A DNA stretch of 64,000 bases from Candidatus Sulfomarinibacteraceae bacterium. Lineage in GTDB: Bacteria > Acidobacteriota > Thermoanaerobaculia > Thermoanaerobaculales > Sulfomarinibacteraceae. The position numbers and the translations under genes were made by a program. Shown in pieces: positions 1-9,317 of the stretch; position 1 is the stretch's first letter, and the number at the start of each line of letters is the position of its first letter. Location of the stretch: NCBI GenBank assembly GCA_963796455.1, contig CAWCLO010000004.1:832001-896000 (forward strand), given 5' to 3'. The notes beneath the pieces were generated by a model. That model ran no database searches, was not told the DNA's origin, and saw only the letters and a list, made by a program, of their open reading frames with translations.

Positions 1-154
1 TGGCGCGCCCGATCCAACCGATGTAATCGTTCTGCTGGTAAGGCGGCCGGCTGCGGTAGGCCTCGAGAAGATGACGTTCTCCGAGCGCGTCCAGCACGAA
101 ATCCGGCATCGGATGAATCTTTCGTGACAGCTTGGAAAAATCCTCATTGGTCAT
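1..154 (-). CDS. YdeI/OmpD-associated family protein, N-terminal part (runs off window)
   Basis: Manual translation from ATG at 154: MTNEDFSKLSRKIHPMPDFVLDALGERHLLEAYRSRPPYQQNDYIGWIGRA; GGAGG upstream; RPPYQQNDYIGWI motif. Confidence 0.7.
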   Translation of the reverse strand, partial: MTNEDFSKLSRKIHPMPDFVLDALGERHLLEAYRSRPPYQQNDYIGWIGRA

Positions 155-184
155 TGTGCCTCCGAAGGGTATATATCGAGCAGT

Positions 185-580
185 TCACTCAAGGTGTTCG
201 GCATCGGGGGGTGTTGCGACCCAGGAGTGGCGTCTTGCTTCGTAAACGGAGACTCGTGGTGGTGGAAAACCCGGGTCGGCAAAGGCGCCGATAGGTATGG
301 CCGTAGTGTCGGGCTGCGAGTGCAAACAATAGAACACGGTCGCTCCACAGGAGGGACAGAAGTTGTAGGTGATCTCGTTGCCGCTGTCGGCCACCCGCAG
401 AAATTGTCGCGACGATCCGTCTACCGTCACCTTCTGGTTGGGAAACCATGCCTGGGCTCCGAATACGCTCCCAGTTCGCTTCTGGCAATCAAGACAGTGA
501 CACATGGAGATCCGAGCGGGCTCCCCGTGGGCGATCACCGAGAGCCTGCCGCAACTACACGAGGCTTTGCGAGATGTGAT
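185..580 (-). CDS. GFA (CENP-V/Mss4-like) family protein
   Basis: ASCSCG (upstream of the ORF-track start), CHCLDCQKRTGS and FCPSCG motifs; frame opens at ATC 580 after GGAGGTG. Confidence 0.85.
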   Translation of the reverse strand: MTSRKASCSCGRLSVIAHGEPARISMCHCLDCQKRTGSVFGAQAWFPNQKVTVDGSSRQFLRVADSGNEITYNFCPSCGATVFYCLHSQPDTTAIPIGAFADPGFPPPRVSVYEARRHSWVATPPDAEHLE

Positions 581-627
581 CCCTCACCTCCATAGAGTAT
601 TCGCCGTGGTCACGCGTATCGGACCGA

Positions 628-990
628 TCAACTTGCCGGTTGGCTGCCGAGGGCCGAGAGAGTCCACAGTGCAGCCGCCGCATCGATCACCCCGAAGAGA
701 ATCAGGGCTGATGGAGCGAAGCCGAGAACCACGAATGCGATGAAAAAAGCCAGCACCGAGAGACGGCCATAAGCCGTGGCCCGGAGAAACATGGTCATCT
801 CGTTGCGCGCCGCGGTGGAGTAATAGTAGCCGAGGATGAGCACCAACATCCCCACCACACGGACCCAGACCTCGTTCGTTTCCGGAATCCGGAACAACGA
901 GAGGAGAACATTCGGCACGATCACGAGCACCGCCCCGAGGATGAAAAGATAGATCGAAAATACAAAGACGCTGAGTGCGGCTCGACTCAT
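628..990 (-). CDS. Membrane protein (4 TM)
   Basis: Hydrophobic 120 aa ORF with GGAGG RBS. Confidence 0.75.
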   Translation of the reverse strand: MSRAALSVFVFSIYLFILGAVLVIVPNVLLSLFRIPETNEVWVRVVGMLVLILGYYYSTAARNEMTMFLRATAYGRLSVLAFFIAFVVLGFAPSALILFGVIDAAAALWTLSALGSQPAS

Positions 991-1134
991 GAACTACCTC
1001 CCGTGGATTCTCGTTCGAGTATCTCACGACCGGTCGGGTGCATCGACGCGCGCCTTTTTACCGTCGGCTGGCTGAAACGCGGTTGCGGCCAGCAACGAAA
1101 AAAAATGGACTGAAGTGGCTGTTCTCATTTCAGT

Positions 1135-1623
1135 TCAAACCTCTCCCGCGTCGCCTGAAATTTTGGTCGGCCCATCAACAATCCAGATGTTTCCGCATTT
1201 CCGGCAGTGCCAACGGTCGCCCCGGAACTGCCGGAAATACCTGCTCATTGCCAGGAGCGCCATGATGGGGTGTTCGCGTCGGAGCGTCTTGTGCGTGGAG
1301 CCGCACTCGGGGCATTCCTGATGATCTGCGTCTTCACGGTACTCCGGTGGAATGTCGATCTCATGGTCGGTTTCGATCGACTGCAGAAGGAGGCGAGCCT
1401 CCCCGGCCTTGTCACTCCTCACCGCGACGGAGATGCCTCCGGAGTGGCCGGGATTCAACCACGACGTTCCGAGTATTCCACCTTGCTCGATACGCGTTTC
1501 GATACCAGCGGCTTCGAGTCGTCCGGCAGCGAGTTCGGCTTCCAGTGGGCTCGTGAGCTCGGCAATCACCTCGAAATCGGCGACCGTTTCATCGTCAGCA
1601 GGTTTGTATTCTTCAGAACTCAT
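1135..1623 (-). CDS. DUF2007-like protein with C-terminal Zn ribbon
   Basis: EAELAAGRLEAAGI motif; CPECGS...CRKCG. Confidence 0.7.
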   Translation of the reverse strand: MSSEEYKPADDETVADFEVIAELTSPLEAELAAGRLEAAGIETRIEQGGILGTSWLNPGHSGGISVAVRSDKAGEARLLLQSIETDHEIDIPPEYREDADHQECPECGSTHKTLRREHPIMALLAMSRYFRQFRGDRWHCRKCGNIWIVDGPTKISGDAGEV

Positions 1624-2407
1624 CGGAGTGATCCGGGGTCACCCTTCCGGCCTGACTTGGCCTTTGAGCAGTGACTGCGTTCGACCCGAGCACCGCAATG
1701 GTCTCGTCACCATTGTTGCTGATCTCCTCGATCGAGAATGCTCCGTCGAGGAGAGCGGTTGCACGGGAGAGGAATTGCGTGAACGATATATGAGACCACA
1801 CGTGGAAGTGGATGCTGTAACGAGACTGCATCAATTCCAAGGCACGTTGGCTGGCATTGGCTTCCGAAACCCCTTCCACGAATCGAACCCATTCGAGGTA
1901 GTGCTGCTCGCGGGACCCTTTCGGTCCGTCCCGCCAATCGCGTTCGAGGTGGGCCCAGGAAGTAACCGGTCGCCGGCGATCGAAGGACAGGGTTTTGTTC
2001 GGTACGACGACCAGAACCCTGCCACCCGGCCGCAGGACTCGGGCCCAGGCCCGCAGCGCGCTGATCGGGTCTTCACAGTGTTCGATGAGGTGACTCGCGA
2101 TCACGAAATCCTGGCTATCGTCCGGTACGCCCTGCAGCGTCTCCGCGTCGCTGACGATTTCGACCTGGACAAGACCGTCTGAAGAGATTTCCGGATAGTG
2201 GTGTTTCAGTCCCTCGTTGTCCAGCCTGTCGACGTAGGTCACTCGCATCGCCTCAGAGGGGGGCAGGGGATCGTGGAGTGCGCCGATCTCGATTCCGGTT
2301 CCGAGCAGATATCGGTGCCCGAATGCGACGCGCCGTCTGGTCCGCTGGGCCCTCGATCCGAATCGGAGCCGCGCCAGCACCCGGTCGAAAAGGAATCGAA
2401 TTTCCAT
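1613..2407 (-). CDS. Class I SAM-dependent methyltransferase
   Basis: GIEIGA, SQDFVIASHLIEH, RVLRPGG motifs. Confidence 0.85.
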   Translation of the reverse strand: MEIRFLFDRVLARLRFGSRAQRTRRRVAFGHRYLLGTGIEIGALHDPLPPSEAMRVTYVDRLDNEGLKHHYPEISSDGLVQVEIVSDAETLQGVPDDSQDFVIASHLIEHCEDPISALRAWARVLRPGGRVLVVVPNKTLSFDRRRPVTSWAHLERDWRDGPKGSREQHYLEWVRFVEGVSEANASQRALELMQSRYSIHFHVWSHISFTQFLSRATALLDGAFSIEEISNNGDETIAVLGSNAVTAQRPSQAGRVTPDHSDEF

Positions 2408-2459
2408 CGGTCAACCATACCGACGACTCATGGATTGCCGAAACGAGAATCTTCGGATG

Positions 2460-2717
2460 TCAGACGAAATGTGCGTCCAGGCGTTTTTTGAGCGCCCAGC
2501 GAACATCCTCCGTCAGAGAATGCCAACGAACACCCTGGATGGCGCCTTCGAGGGCGTAGAGCATGCTGTAACAACCGCTGCTGGTGGCCTGCCCGATACT
2601 GATGACCGCCTCGACGCTACCCAGGTCGGCGAGTTGGTCGCGGTTTTCGATCCCGATGCATAGCAGCTTTTCCGCCAAAACGTCACCGATGTTCGGCAGA
2701 TCGGTGAGGTGGCTCAT
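2460..2717 (-). CDS. TfoX/Sxy C-terminal domain protein
   Basis: LTDLPNIG...LYALEGAIQGVRW; start at MSHL with GGGAG RBS. Confidence 0.85.
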   Translation of the reverse strand: MSHLTDLPNIGDVLAEKLLCIGIENRDQLADLGSVEAVISIGQATSSGCYSMLYALEGAIQGVRWHSLTEDVRWALKKRLDAHFV

Positions 2718-2733
2718 CGGTCGGTCTCCCTGA

Positions 2734-3081
2734 TTACCCGAAAAAGGTCCCGTATGCGTCGCGCTCGACTCCGGCGAGGACTTCACTGAACCGTTCCTTC
2801 TGGCCGATCCAGTCGCAGTAGAGCCAGCGCCTTTTTGTGCGCTGCCACGATACCGACCAACGCTCGCCGACGGTATCGTATCGGAAGCGGGCCACGGGCT
2901 CCGTTGCCCACTCGGTGGTTGAGTTGCCGGCCGTTGGCGATTCCCGGAACAGGGTGACGTCGTTGCCTCGAAAACGGTAGGAAAAACGAAGCTGATTCCG
3001 GTACTCCGGGGGGACGAGATTCATGCAGAATCTTTTGAGGTCGCGGTCCGCCTCGGAGCGTTTTTCGTCTGGAAGGGTCAT
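2734..3081 (-). CDS. DUF3024-like protein
   Basis: VPPEYRNQLR...VTLF...PVARFRY...FFG C-terminus. Confidence 0.7.
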   Translation of the reverse strand: MTLPDEKRSEADRDLKRFCMNLVPPEYRNQLRFSYRFRGNDVTLFRESPTAGNSTTEWATEPVARFRYDTVGERWSVSWQRTKRRWLYCDWIGQKERFSEVLAGVERDAYGTFFG

Positions 3082-3172
3082 CTTCGATGATGATTGTATC
3101 GAATCCAGAGGTCTTCGAACAACTCGGCAGTCACGCGGCCGGGGCGGAGCGATCAGTCAGACGAGGAAACCA

Positions 3173-3673
3173 TTAAGAATACAGAGCTGTGCCAGGGTCC
3201 TCTTCGGACATTTTGACCATTTTCTGAAACCGTAAGCCCATCTTTTCAAGCAGTCCGATCGATGCGAGATTCTCCACCGAGGTCAGTCCCACGATGGTCT
3301 CGATACCAAGCGTTCCACGGCCGTATTCCATCACCGCGGAAGCAGCCTCGAAGGCATATCCTGATCTCCAGTATTCGGGCAGCAGCGCAATGCCGACATC
3401 CGAGACATCCAGGATCTCTCGGTACAACAGGCCGCAGACACCAATTGGAGTTCGGTCATCCACAAGCTCGGTCAAGAACTGGCCGTAACCATCCTCCCTC
3501 CGATACGACCAGGGCCCGCTCTGGATGAAGCGCCTCGCATCGGCCAGATTCCGGACGCCCTTATCGCCGATATTGGCAAGAAAGGAGGCTTCGTTGACCA
3601 GCCGCAGTACAAATTCGGCGTCGCTGGCCTGCAAATCACGAAGCCGCAACCGCGGAGTTTCCAGAATCACCAT
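3173..3673 (-). CDS. GNAT (RimJ/RimL-type) N-acetyltransferase
   Basis: LETPRLRLR, GYAFEAA, NLASIGLLEKMG. Confidence 0.9.
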   Translation of the reverse strand: MVILETPRLRLRDLQASDAEFVLRLVNEASFLANIGDKGVRNLADARRFIQSGPWSYRREDGYGQFLTELVDDRTPIGVCGLLYREILDVSDVGIALLPEYWRSGYAFEAASAVMEYGRGTLGIETIVGLTSVENLASIGLLEKMGLRFQKMVKMSEEDPGTALYS

Positions 3674-3799
3674 GTTTCGCGCCGGTCGATTCGGATTTGA
3701 GTTTCTGATCTGGTGGTCGTTCCAGCAAAAATCACGTTTGTTTCCCTGATTGCTGTGGAAAATCCCGTGGCTGTGCCTCGAGCCGCGGCAGAACGATCT

Positions 3800-4030
3800 T
3801 CACGGGCGACTTGCTGAGATGACCTTGAGGTATTCATCTTCGACCTTTTTCCGGGCCCAGGGTGTTTTGCGCAGAAATTTCAGGCTGGATTTCACCGACG
3901 GGTCACTGTTGAAACAGCGGATCCTGATGCGTTTCCCCAACTCGTTCCAGCCGTAGTGCTGCACCAGGTGATTCACGATCATCTCCAGGGTCTGGCCGTG
4001 GAGAGGGTTGTTCGCTTGTTGCTGAGTCAT
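3800..4030 (-). CDS. VF530/DUF2132 family DNA-binding protein
   Basis: [10 protein letters not shown]...[18 protein letters not shown]. Confidence 0.9.
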   Translation of the reverse strand: MTQQQANNPLHGQTLEMIVNHLVQHYGWNELGKRIRIRCFNSDPSVKSSLKFLRKTPWARKKVEDEYLKVISASRP

Positions 4031-4042
4031 CGAGTTGCCGGT

Positions 4043-4405
4043 CTACCTCTCCTGCTCGAATTCCTCCTGGCAGTCGATGCAGAACGGGGTTTCCGGCTGC
4101 GCTTCGAGGCGCTCAGGGTGGATTTTTCCATTGCAGCTCCGGCACAACCCGAAGGAGCCCTTGTCGACGGCCGTCAATGCTCCCTCGATCTGCTTCAGCT
4201 TGATTTCGAGCTGCCGCTTGTTCAGCGCCGCCATGTTCTGCATCTGGATCGCATCGGCTCGCGACAGTCTGCCGATCGGGAGATCGAGGTCCACCGGTTT
4301 GGAGTCATCGGCCGTTCTCCCGAGCAGGGTGTTGACCTCGGCTTCCATGGTCAGAAGTCGTTGTCGATAATTTTCAGTCTGGTCACTTTTCTTGGCTGTC
4401 ATCAA
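4043..4405 (-). CDS. TraR/DksA family C4 zinc-finger regulator
   Basis: GRLSRADAIQ, FGLCRSC...RLEAQPETPFCIDC. Confidence 0.85.
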   Translation of the reverse strand: MMTAKKSDQTENYRQRLLTMEAEVNTLLGRTADDSKPVDLDLPIGRLSRADAIQMQNMAALNKRQLEIKLKQIEGALTAVDKGSFGLCRSCNGKIHPERLEAQPETPFCIDCQEEFEQER

Positions 4406-4624
4406 TTCTCCGGCTATCGAACCTGGTGTTTCACGGTATCAAAGAGGCCCGCGAACGCCTATTCAAGGCTCGTGGCGGGTTTGCATTGTGGAGATCAGTA
4501 CACTGCTGGCCAAACCAGATTGTCATGGAGTTACCCACCATACAACACGTGGTTTACGAGTTGGTTTTTGGCATATCCGGTTCGCGGTTTGGGCGTACCC
4601 GATCCCGATCCCGATCCCGAATTG

Positions 4625-4706
4625 CAGCGCCAGCGACAGGGACAGGCAACAGCGAACAGGGACAGCGACAGGGAACAGCGATCAGTGATCAGCGGCAGCG
4701 GTCAGG
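4625..4706 (+). repeat. Left arm of imperfect inverted repeat (CAGCG/CAGGG-rich) flanking four-helix-bundle gene
   Basis: Blocks GCAACAGCGAACAG and TCAGTGATCAGCGGCAGCG are reverse-complementary to blocks in 5216-5294. Confidence 0.75.
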
Positions 4707-4722
4707 AGTACAGGCGGCAAAG

Positions 4723-4862
4723 TGGTCACCTCCGGGTCGTTCAAAGGAGAGGGATAGCCGGTGGGCGGCCGATGTCAAGGACAGGCAGGGTGCAGGGCAT
4801 CCTTGACATCGGCCGCCACACCGGCTTGTGGGTATGTGCATGAACGACCCGGAGGTGACCAT
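4723..4862 (+). promoter_or_regulatory. Long hairpin covering the RBS of the four-helix-bundle gene
   Basis: GGTCACCTCCGGGTCGTTCA (4724-4743) pairs perfectly with TGAACGACCCGGAGGTGACC (4841-4860); inner stem AGCCGGTGGGCGGCCGATGTCAAGGA / TCCTTGACATCGGCCGCCACACCGGCT. Confidence 0.7.
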
Positions 4863-5214
4863 GTCGTCAGCCGCCACGAACACAAACCTCGTTGCCCACT
4901 CGAAAGCCCTCGAAGCAGCAGGAATCGCGATCAAACTCGTGATGAGAGTTCCCGCTCCGCTGAAATCCATAGCCGATCAGGTGATCCGGTCGGCAAGTTC
5001 AGTCCCTGCGAACCTGGCGGAAGGGCACGGCCGATTCGGTAGAGACCGGTTGAATCACTGGAGAATCGCCTACGCCTCGGCGAAAGAGGTCGACAGCCAC
5101 TTACAGCTCCTCGCCCACGCCGGGGCGATCAGCCCGAACGGAGCCAGTGAAGCGATGAACGCCTTCGATCGGGTCCGTGCGATGACCTGGCGGCTCTTGA
5201 ACCCGAAGATGTGA
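4861..5214 (+). CDS. Four helix bundle protein (23S rRNA IVS protein / Avd-like family)
   Basis: DQVIRSASSVPANLAEGHGR...IAYASAKEV; GGAGGTG RBS before ATG 4861. Confidence 0.9.
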   Translation: MSSAATNTNLVAHSKALEAAGIAIKLVMRVPAPLKSIADQVIRSASSVPANLAEGHGRFGRDRLNHWRIAYASAKEVDSHLQLLAHAGAISPNGASEAMNAFDRVRAMTWRLLNPKM

Positions 5215-5215
5215 G

Positions 5216-5294
5216 CGCTGTTCGCTGCCGCTGATAACTGAACACTGCTCCTGACTACTGTTCGCTGTTGCTGACGCTGTCCCTGAACGCTGTC
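5216..5294 (-). repeat. Right arm of inverted repeat flanking four-helix-bundle gene
   Basis: CGCTGCCGCTGATAACTGA and CTGTTCGCTGTTGC mirror 4625-4706. Confidence 0.75.
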
Positions 5295-5367
5295 TGAGAC
5301 TCTGTCTTGGACAAGAGTGAGATGAACCCGGCCGCACGGGAATTTCGTTTTTTCGTAGGAACGGCGT

Positions 5368-5778
5368 TCATTCCCGCCCCATCGAGGGCTGCCTCAATTC
5401 TCGAGCGAAGGCCAGGACGTGCGAATCAGGATCGAGTGAATAGGCGACCTCATGACCCCAATCGGTCGTTGCCAAAGGACGAAGCTCGGTCGCACCGGAT
5501 CGAATCGCACGCGCGTGGTGGGCCGCCGGATCATCGACCACCAGATAAACCTCGGCTCTCGGTACGCCGCGCGAGCCTGCCGGATCGGGGAGAGCCTCTC
5601 CGAGCAGACGCTTGATTCCACTTTCCGGCATCAGGGCCAGCACAGTGGTTTCGGAGAGTGCGAACTCGGTGATTCCCGGGACATTCAAAGTGGGGTCCAC
5701 GTCCAGCGTTGCGCTGTAAAAGGCGGTGCTCGCAGCCCGGTCGCGAACGTAAAGGATGAAGAAGAACTGCTGCATCAC
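5368..5778 (-). CDS. VOC/glyoxalase family protein
   Basis: LYVRDRAASTAFY...WGHEVAYSLDPDSH. Confidence 0.85.
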   Translation of the reverse strand: MMQQFFFILYVRDRAASTAFYSATLDVDPTLNVPGITEFALSETTVLALMPESGIKRLLGEALPDPAGSRGVPRAEVYLVVDDPAAHHARAIRSGATELRPLATTDWGHEVAYSLDPDSHVLAFARELRQPSMGRE

Positions 5779-6113
5779 TTGTTCTTCTTCGGTTTCTTTT
5801 TCTTCGGTTTTGGCGGCGGGAGCTCTTTCTCTGTCAATCTCACGAGTTCACTGATCCATTCCTTGTCGTCGATCTGCTCTCCGATCAGAAAACACGGTTT
5901 GGCCCCGGGATAGGGGGGAGCCTCGACCACATCACCGATGAATGCTCTTCCCGCCTTCGTGGGTTTGAAAAGCAACCGGTTGTCGCACAAAAGTGCCACG
6001 ATCTTGCCCTCGCAGTAGACCGCATATTCCCCAAACATCTTTTTGTGGGTGATCACCCCGGCATTTTCGATCTGGCCGACCACAAATTCGGCAAATTCAG
6101 AATCCGACGCCAT
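5775..6113 (-). CDS. TfoX/Sxy N-terminal domain protein
   Basis: KKMFGEYAVY...ALLCDNRLLFKPT...PPYPGAK. Confidence 0.9.
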   Translation of the reverse strand: MASDSEFAEFVVGQIENAGVITHKKMFGEYAVYCEGKIVALLCDNRLLFKPTKAGRAFIGDVVEAPPYPGAKPCFLIGEQIDDKEWISELVRLTEKELPPPKPKKKKPKKNK

Positions 6114-6215
6114 TGCAGCTCCCTTTTGCTGTTGTTCCCGACCAACTGAGCCGAACAGATCGTATCACCCAGATGATCAGCTCTTCCGGAAGACGGTAGG
6201 TTGTGCCGGCCTTGC

Positions 6216-6638
6216 TTATTGATTCGTCGCGGCGAGCCATGTTGCGAGGGCGGCGATGACGATACAGAGAGGCGAGAAAAACAATGAGTCGTTGCGTGCG
6301 AATCTGGTGTTGCGGACGCGTTTGAAAAAACCGACGTAGTGGAAATCCCCGATGGCTCGAAGCAGGAAAGACACTGCAATGATCCAGATGCCGATGCGGG
6401 GAACCCAGACCGGAGCGGCTTCAGGAAAGGCTCCGAGCCAAACTGAAATCAGCGCGCCGGCCAGAAGCGCGGCCGCAACCAGCAGTGTCAGAGCTTTACC
6501 CGGCTCGAACAGAGGCCTGCCATCGACTGTCGGAACAGCTCCACCTTTTCCTAACTTGTCGCCAAACGCCCAGACGATATGTACGGCCGAGAGGGCCATA
6601 AACAGGACCGAAAGCAGGATGGCGGGTATCGGGATCAT
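6216..6638 (-). CDS. DUF3995 family membrane protein
   Basis: HIVWAFG, FLLRAIGDFHYVGFFK, FARNDSLFFSPLC. Confidence 0.8.
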   Translation of the reverse strand: MIPIPAILLSVLFMALSAVHIVWAFGDKLGKGGAVPTVDGRPLFEPGKALTLLVAAALLAGALISVWLGAFPEAAPVWVPRIGIWIIAVSFLLRAIGDFHYVGFFKRVRNTRFARNDSLFFSPLCIVIAALATWLAATNQ

Positions 6639-6725
6639 CTGTTCCTCAGAATTGTCGGTCAGAGCACTTCCGGGTTGTTCAGGGCCTGGGTCGAGGGCCG
6701 GTTCGGGCGAAGCCTGTGCTCGGCT

Positions 6726-7562
6726 TCAGGGTGTCCGCGCAACCGCCACGACCCGGAAGCCGACGTCGCTTTGGCGATGATCGGGTGGGAAGAAGTCACG
6801 AAAATAGGGTAGCGCGCGGTTGGAATGGGTCAACCACGAACCGCCCCGCATAACCCTGAACGACCCTTCGAGCGGACCTCGGGGATCCGTGGTTTCTTCG
6901 GAGGGGTAGGGGCCCTTCCAGTCCTCGCACCACTCGTACACGTTGCCGAGCATGTCGTACAGGCCCCATCCATTGCTGGCCTTCCGACCCACGGGGTGCG
7001 TGGTGCCGCCGCTATTCGGCGTGAACCACGCAGCAGATTCGGGGTCGCCTTCTGGATCCTCGGTGTCGCCCGCCCGGCAGGCGTACTCCCATTCGGCCTC
7101 GGTTGGGAGGCGGTACCGGGCTTTCTCGTCCAAAGAATTCAACGTCTTCAAAAACGTTGTAGTGTCAAACCAACTGACATTCTCCACGGGCCGATCGTCG
7201 CCCTGAAAACGTGATGGGTTGCTGTCGACAACAGCTCGCCACTGGGCCTGTGTCACCTCCGTCGTGGCCATGTAGAAGGGCCGGCTGATGGTCACTGTGT
7301 GGATCGGTTGCTCGTGGCTGCCGGCTCCGTCGGAATCCGATCCCATGACGAAAGTGCCGGCTGGAATTCGCACGAATTCCATTCCGATGTCATTGGTCCA
7401 ACTCTGATGAGTGGGGCCTGGATCGATTTTTGTGGTGGCGGGATCGTTGAGCGCTATTTCCTGTCGGTTGCATGCTGATGTCGTTGTCAGGATCAGGACG
7501 ATAGCCGACAGCAGCATTACGAACTGCATACGGAAAGGTGTTTTGCCGGATTGAACTTGCAT
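6726..7562 (-). CDS. Formylglycine-generating enzyme (SUMF1/FGE-sulfatase) domain lipoprotein
   Basis: EVTQAQW, RPVENVSW, RLPTEAEWEYACRAG, GLYDMLGNVYEWC, RGGSW, GFR; true start probably 7562 or 7529, not 8147. Confidence 0.9.
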   Translation of the reverse strand: MQVQSGKTPFRMQFVMLLSAIVLILTTTSACNRQEIALNDPATTKIDPGPTHQSWTNDIGMEFVRIPAGTFVMGSDSDGAGSHEQPIHTVTISRPFYMATTEVTQAQWRAVVDSNPSRFQGDDRPVENVSWFDTTTFLKTLNSLDEKARYRLPTEAEWEYACRAGDTEDPEGDPESAAWFTPNSGGTTHPVGRKASNGWGLYDMLGNVYEWCEDWKGPYPSEETTDPRGPLEGSFRVMRGGSWLTHSNRALPYFRDFFPPDHRQSDVGFRVVAVARTP

Positions 7563-7747
7563 TGAAATCAACCGTGTGACTGAGCTGTGGGAAGCCCGAG
7601 GATCCTCCTTTCCGAAACTACGATGAGGCCGCAGCAATTGTTTCGAGCGCAGGAGGCGGGTGGTGCCGTTGTTCAGGTTCTCGTCAGTTCGAGGCCTTGA
7701 AGAACTCTTCGGGAAGCGGTTTCTGGCATCTCGAACACAAGTGCTCT

Positions 7748-8365
7748 TCAGCGTCCTTCTCGATAGTCTGCCGGATTGAAATCGTGACCGCAATTTGGGC
7801 ATGAAGTCGGCGTCGGCCCCGGGTCCCGCGCCGGCTTCACGCGAGACCGAGGGTTCTTTCTGTTCCGCCACCAGTTGCCCACCGAATGCGCGTACATGAA
7901 CAGATAGGAACCGACAATCAGCTTCGCGATCGTCCCCAGGTAGAACATGAGGTTGTCCCGGAACACGCCCAGGTATTCTTGGATGTTTTCCATCCCGCGC
8001 AGATTGATCAACGCCGATGCCACGCTGCCGAGTTTCGGGAGGGTGGAGATGACCAGAAAGATTCCGAGTACCGCAAACGCCAGATCCTGGATCTCTTCGA
8101 TTCTCAGCGCGGCTGACTCGTGGTTGTCGGAGTCCTGAAACAGCCATTGCACGAGCCGCTCCCGGCGGACGATCAGTCCGATGCCAGTGGATACCAGAAC
8201 CAAAAGCGGCAGGAGCCAGGCGAGGACGATGACCGCGCCGCGTCCGCTGTATTCCTCCGGAAAAAACGGCATCGAGATCAGTGCCTGGAGCAAAGGTAGC
8301 GCCGCGATGAGCGCGTAGATGCCTGTGAGGACAAAGGCGAGTTTTCCGAGGTCCTGGATTTTCAC
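7748..8365 (-). CDS. Membrane protein with C-terminal CxxC
   Basis: 4 hydrophobic segments, CPNCGHDF; GAAGGG RBS. Confidence 0.7.
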   Translation of the reverse strand: MKIQDLGKLAFVLTGIYALIAALPLLQALISMPFFPEEYSGRGAVIVLAWLLPLLVLVSTGIGLIVRRERLVQWLFQDSDNHESAALRIEEIQDLAFAVLGIFLVISTLPKLGSVASALINLRGMENIQEYLGVFRDNLMFYLGTIAKLIVGSYLFMYAHSVGNWWRNRKNPRSRVKPARDPGPTPTSCPNCGHDFNPADYREGR

Positions 8366-8395
8366 TGCCGTTCCCTTCTGAATTTGAATCGACTT

Positions 8396-8593
8396 CTATT
8401 GTCCGGAAAAGAAGAAGCCCGCCGCCAGGATGAGGATCACGAGGCCGAACAGAACAGAGAGGATTCGAAATCGAATCCTCAGGCCACGTGATGGTTCCGG
8501 TAGGGGGGAGAAAAGACCATCATTCTTCACGAATGACATGAGCACCCACACGATGCCAAGTAATGCGAGAAAGTATGAGAATCGCAAGACCAT
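8396..8593 (-). CDS. Small membrane protein
   Basis: 65 aa, 2 TM, GGGGAG RBS. Confidence 0.6.
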   Translation of the reverse strand: MVLRFSYFLALLGIVWVLMSFVKNDGLFSPLPEPSRGLRIRFRILSVLFGLVILILAAGFFFSGQ

Positions 8594-8637
8594 CTCCCCT
8601 GTGAAAGACTACGATGTGCCTCGAGCAATATTCGGTG

Positions 8638-9249
8638 TCAACGCCCCGGTCGCCTGAAAGTCCGGCGCGCGCGTTCGACCTTGGCTCTGGTCACACAGTC
8701 CTCCGCATGATCGTTGACCAGTCCCATCGCCTGCATGAAGGCATAGACGGTGGTCGGTCCGATGAATTTCCAGCCCTGCTTTTTCAGATCCTTTGACAAA
8801 GCGATGGATTCCGCAGAGGTTGAAACGGTCTGCGGTTCTTCGAGCCCAGTCGGAGCGGCTTCATATCGCCAGATGAAGGCCGCCAGCGAGCCTTCTCGTT
8901 CGACCAGTTCCTGCGCCCGCCGCGCGTTGTTGATGACCGCTTCGATCTTGCCCCGGTGGCGGACGATGCCTTCATCCTGCAGCAGACGATCGATGTCGCG
9001 CTGGCTGAAACCTGCAATCCGGTCGAAATCGAATTGATGGAAGGCGGCGCGAAAATTCTCGCGCTTGGCCAGGATGGTCCGCCAACTCAGTCCGGATTGG
9101 AAACCTTCCAGACATATTTTTTCGAATAGACGACGATCATCGTCCACCGGAAAGCCCCACTCGGTATCGTGATATTCGAAAAACTCGGGCGCCGCGCCAC
9201 TCCAGCGGCAGCGAGGTTTGCCGTCGGGACCAAGGATCGTAGTGCTCAT
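8638..9249 (-). CDS. tag: DNA-3-methyladenine glycosylase I
   Basis: RCRW, YHDTEWG, LEGFQSGLSWRTIL, FIGPTTVYAFMQAMGLVNDH. Confidence 0.95.
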   Translation of the reverse strand: MSTTILGPDGKPRCRWSGAAPEFFEYHDTEWGFPVDDDRRLFEKICLEGFQSGLSWRTILAKRENFRAAFHQFDFDRIAGFSQRDIDRLLQDEGIVRHRGKIEAVINNARRAQELVEREGSLAAFIWRYEAAPTGLEEPQTVSTSAESIALSKDLKKQGWKFIGPTTVYAFMQAMGLVNDHAEDCVTRAKVERARRTFRRPGR

Positions 9250-9317
9250 GTGTTGTCTTAACAACGGCACGGGAGGTGAGATTTCGGTGAAACTGCCCTG
9301 GTGCCTGATTCAGGACC

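Noticed and set aside
4861..5214. Diversity-generating retroelement (Avd-like gene)
   Set aside because: No reverse transcriptase or TR/VR pair in the window
6726..8147. 473 aa version of the FGE-domain ORF
   Set aside because: The N-terminal 190 aa overlap gene 7748-8365 in another frame; a signal peptide marks a start near 7562
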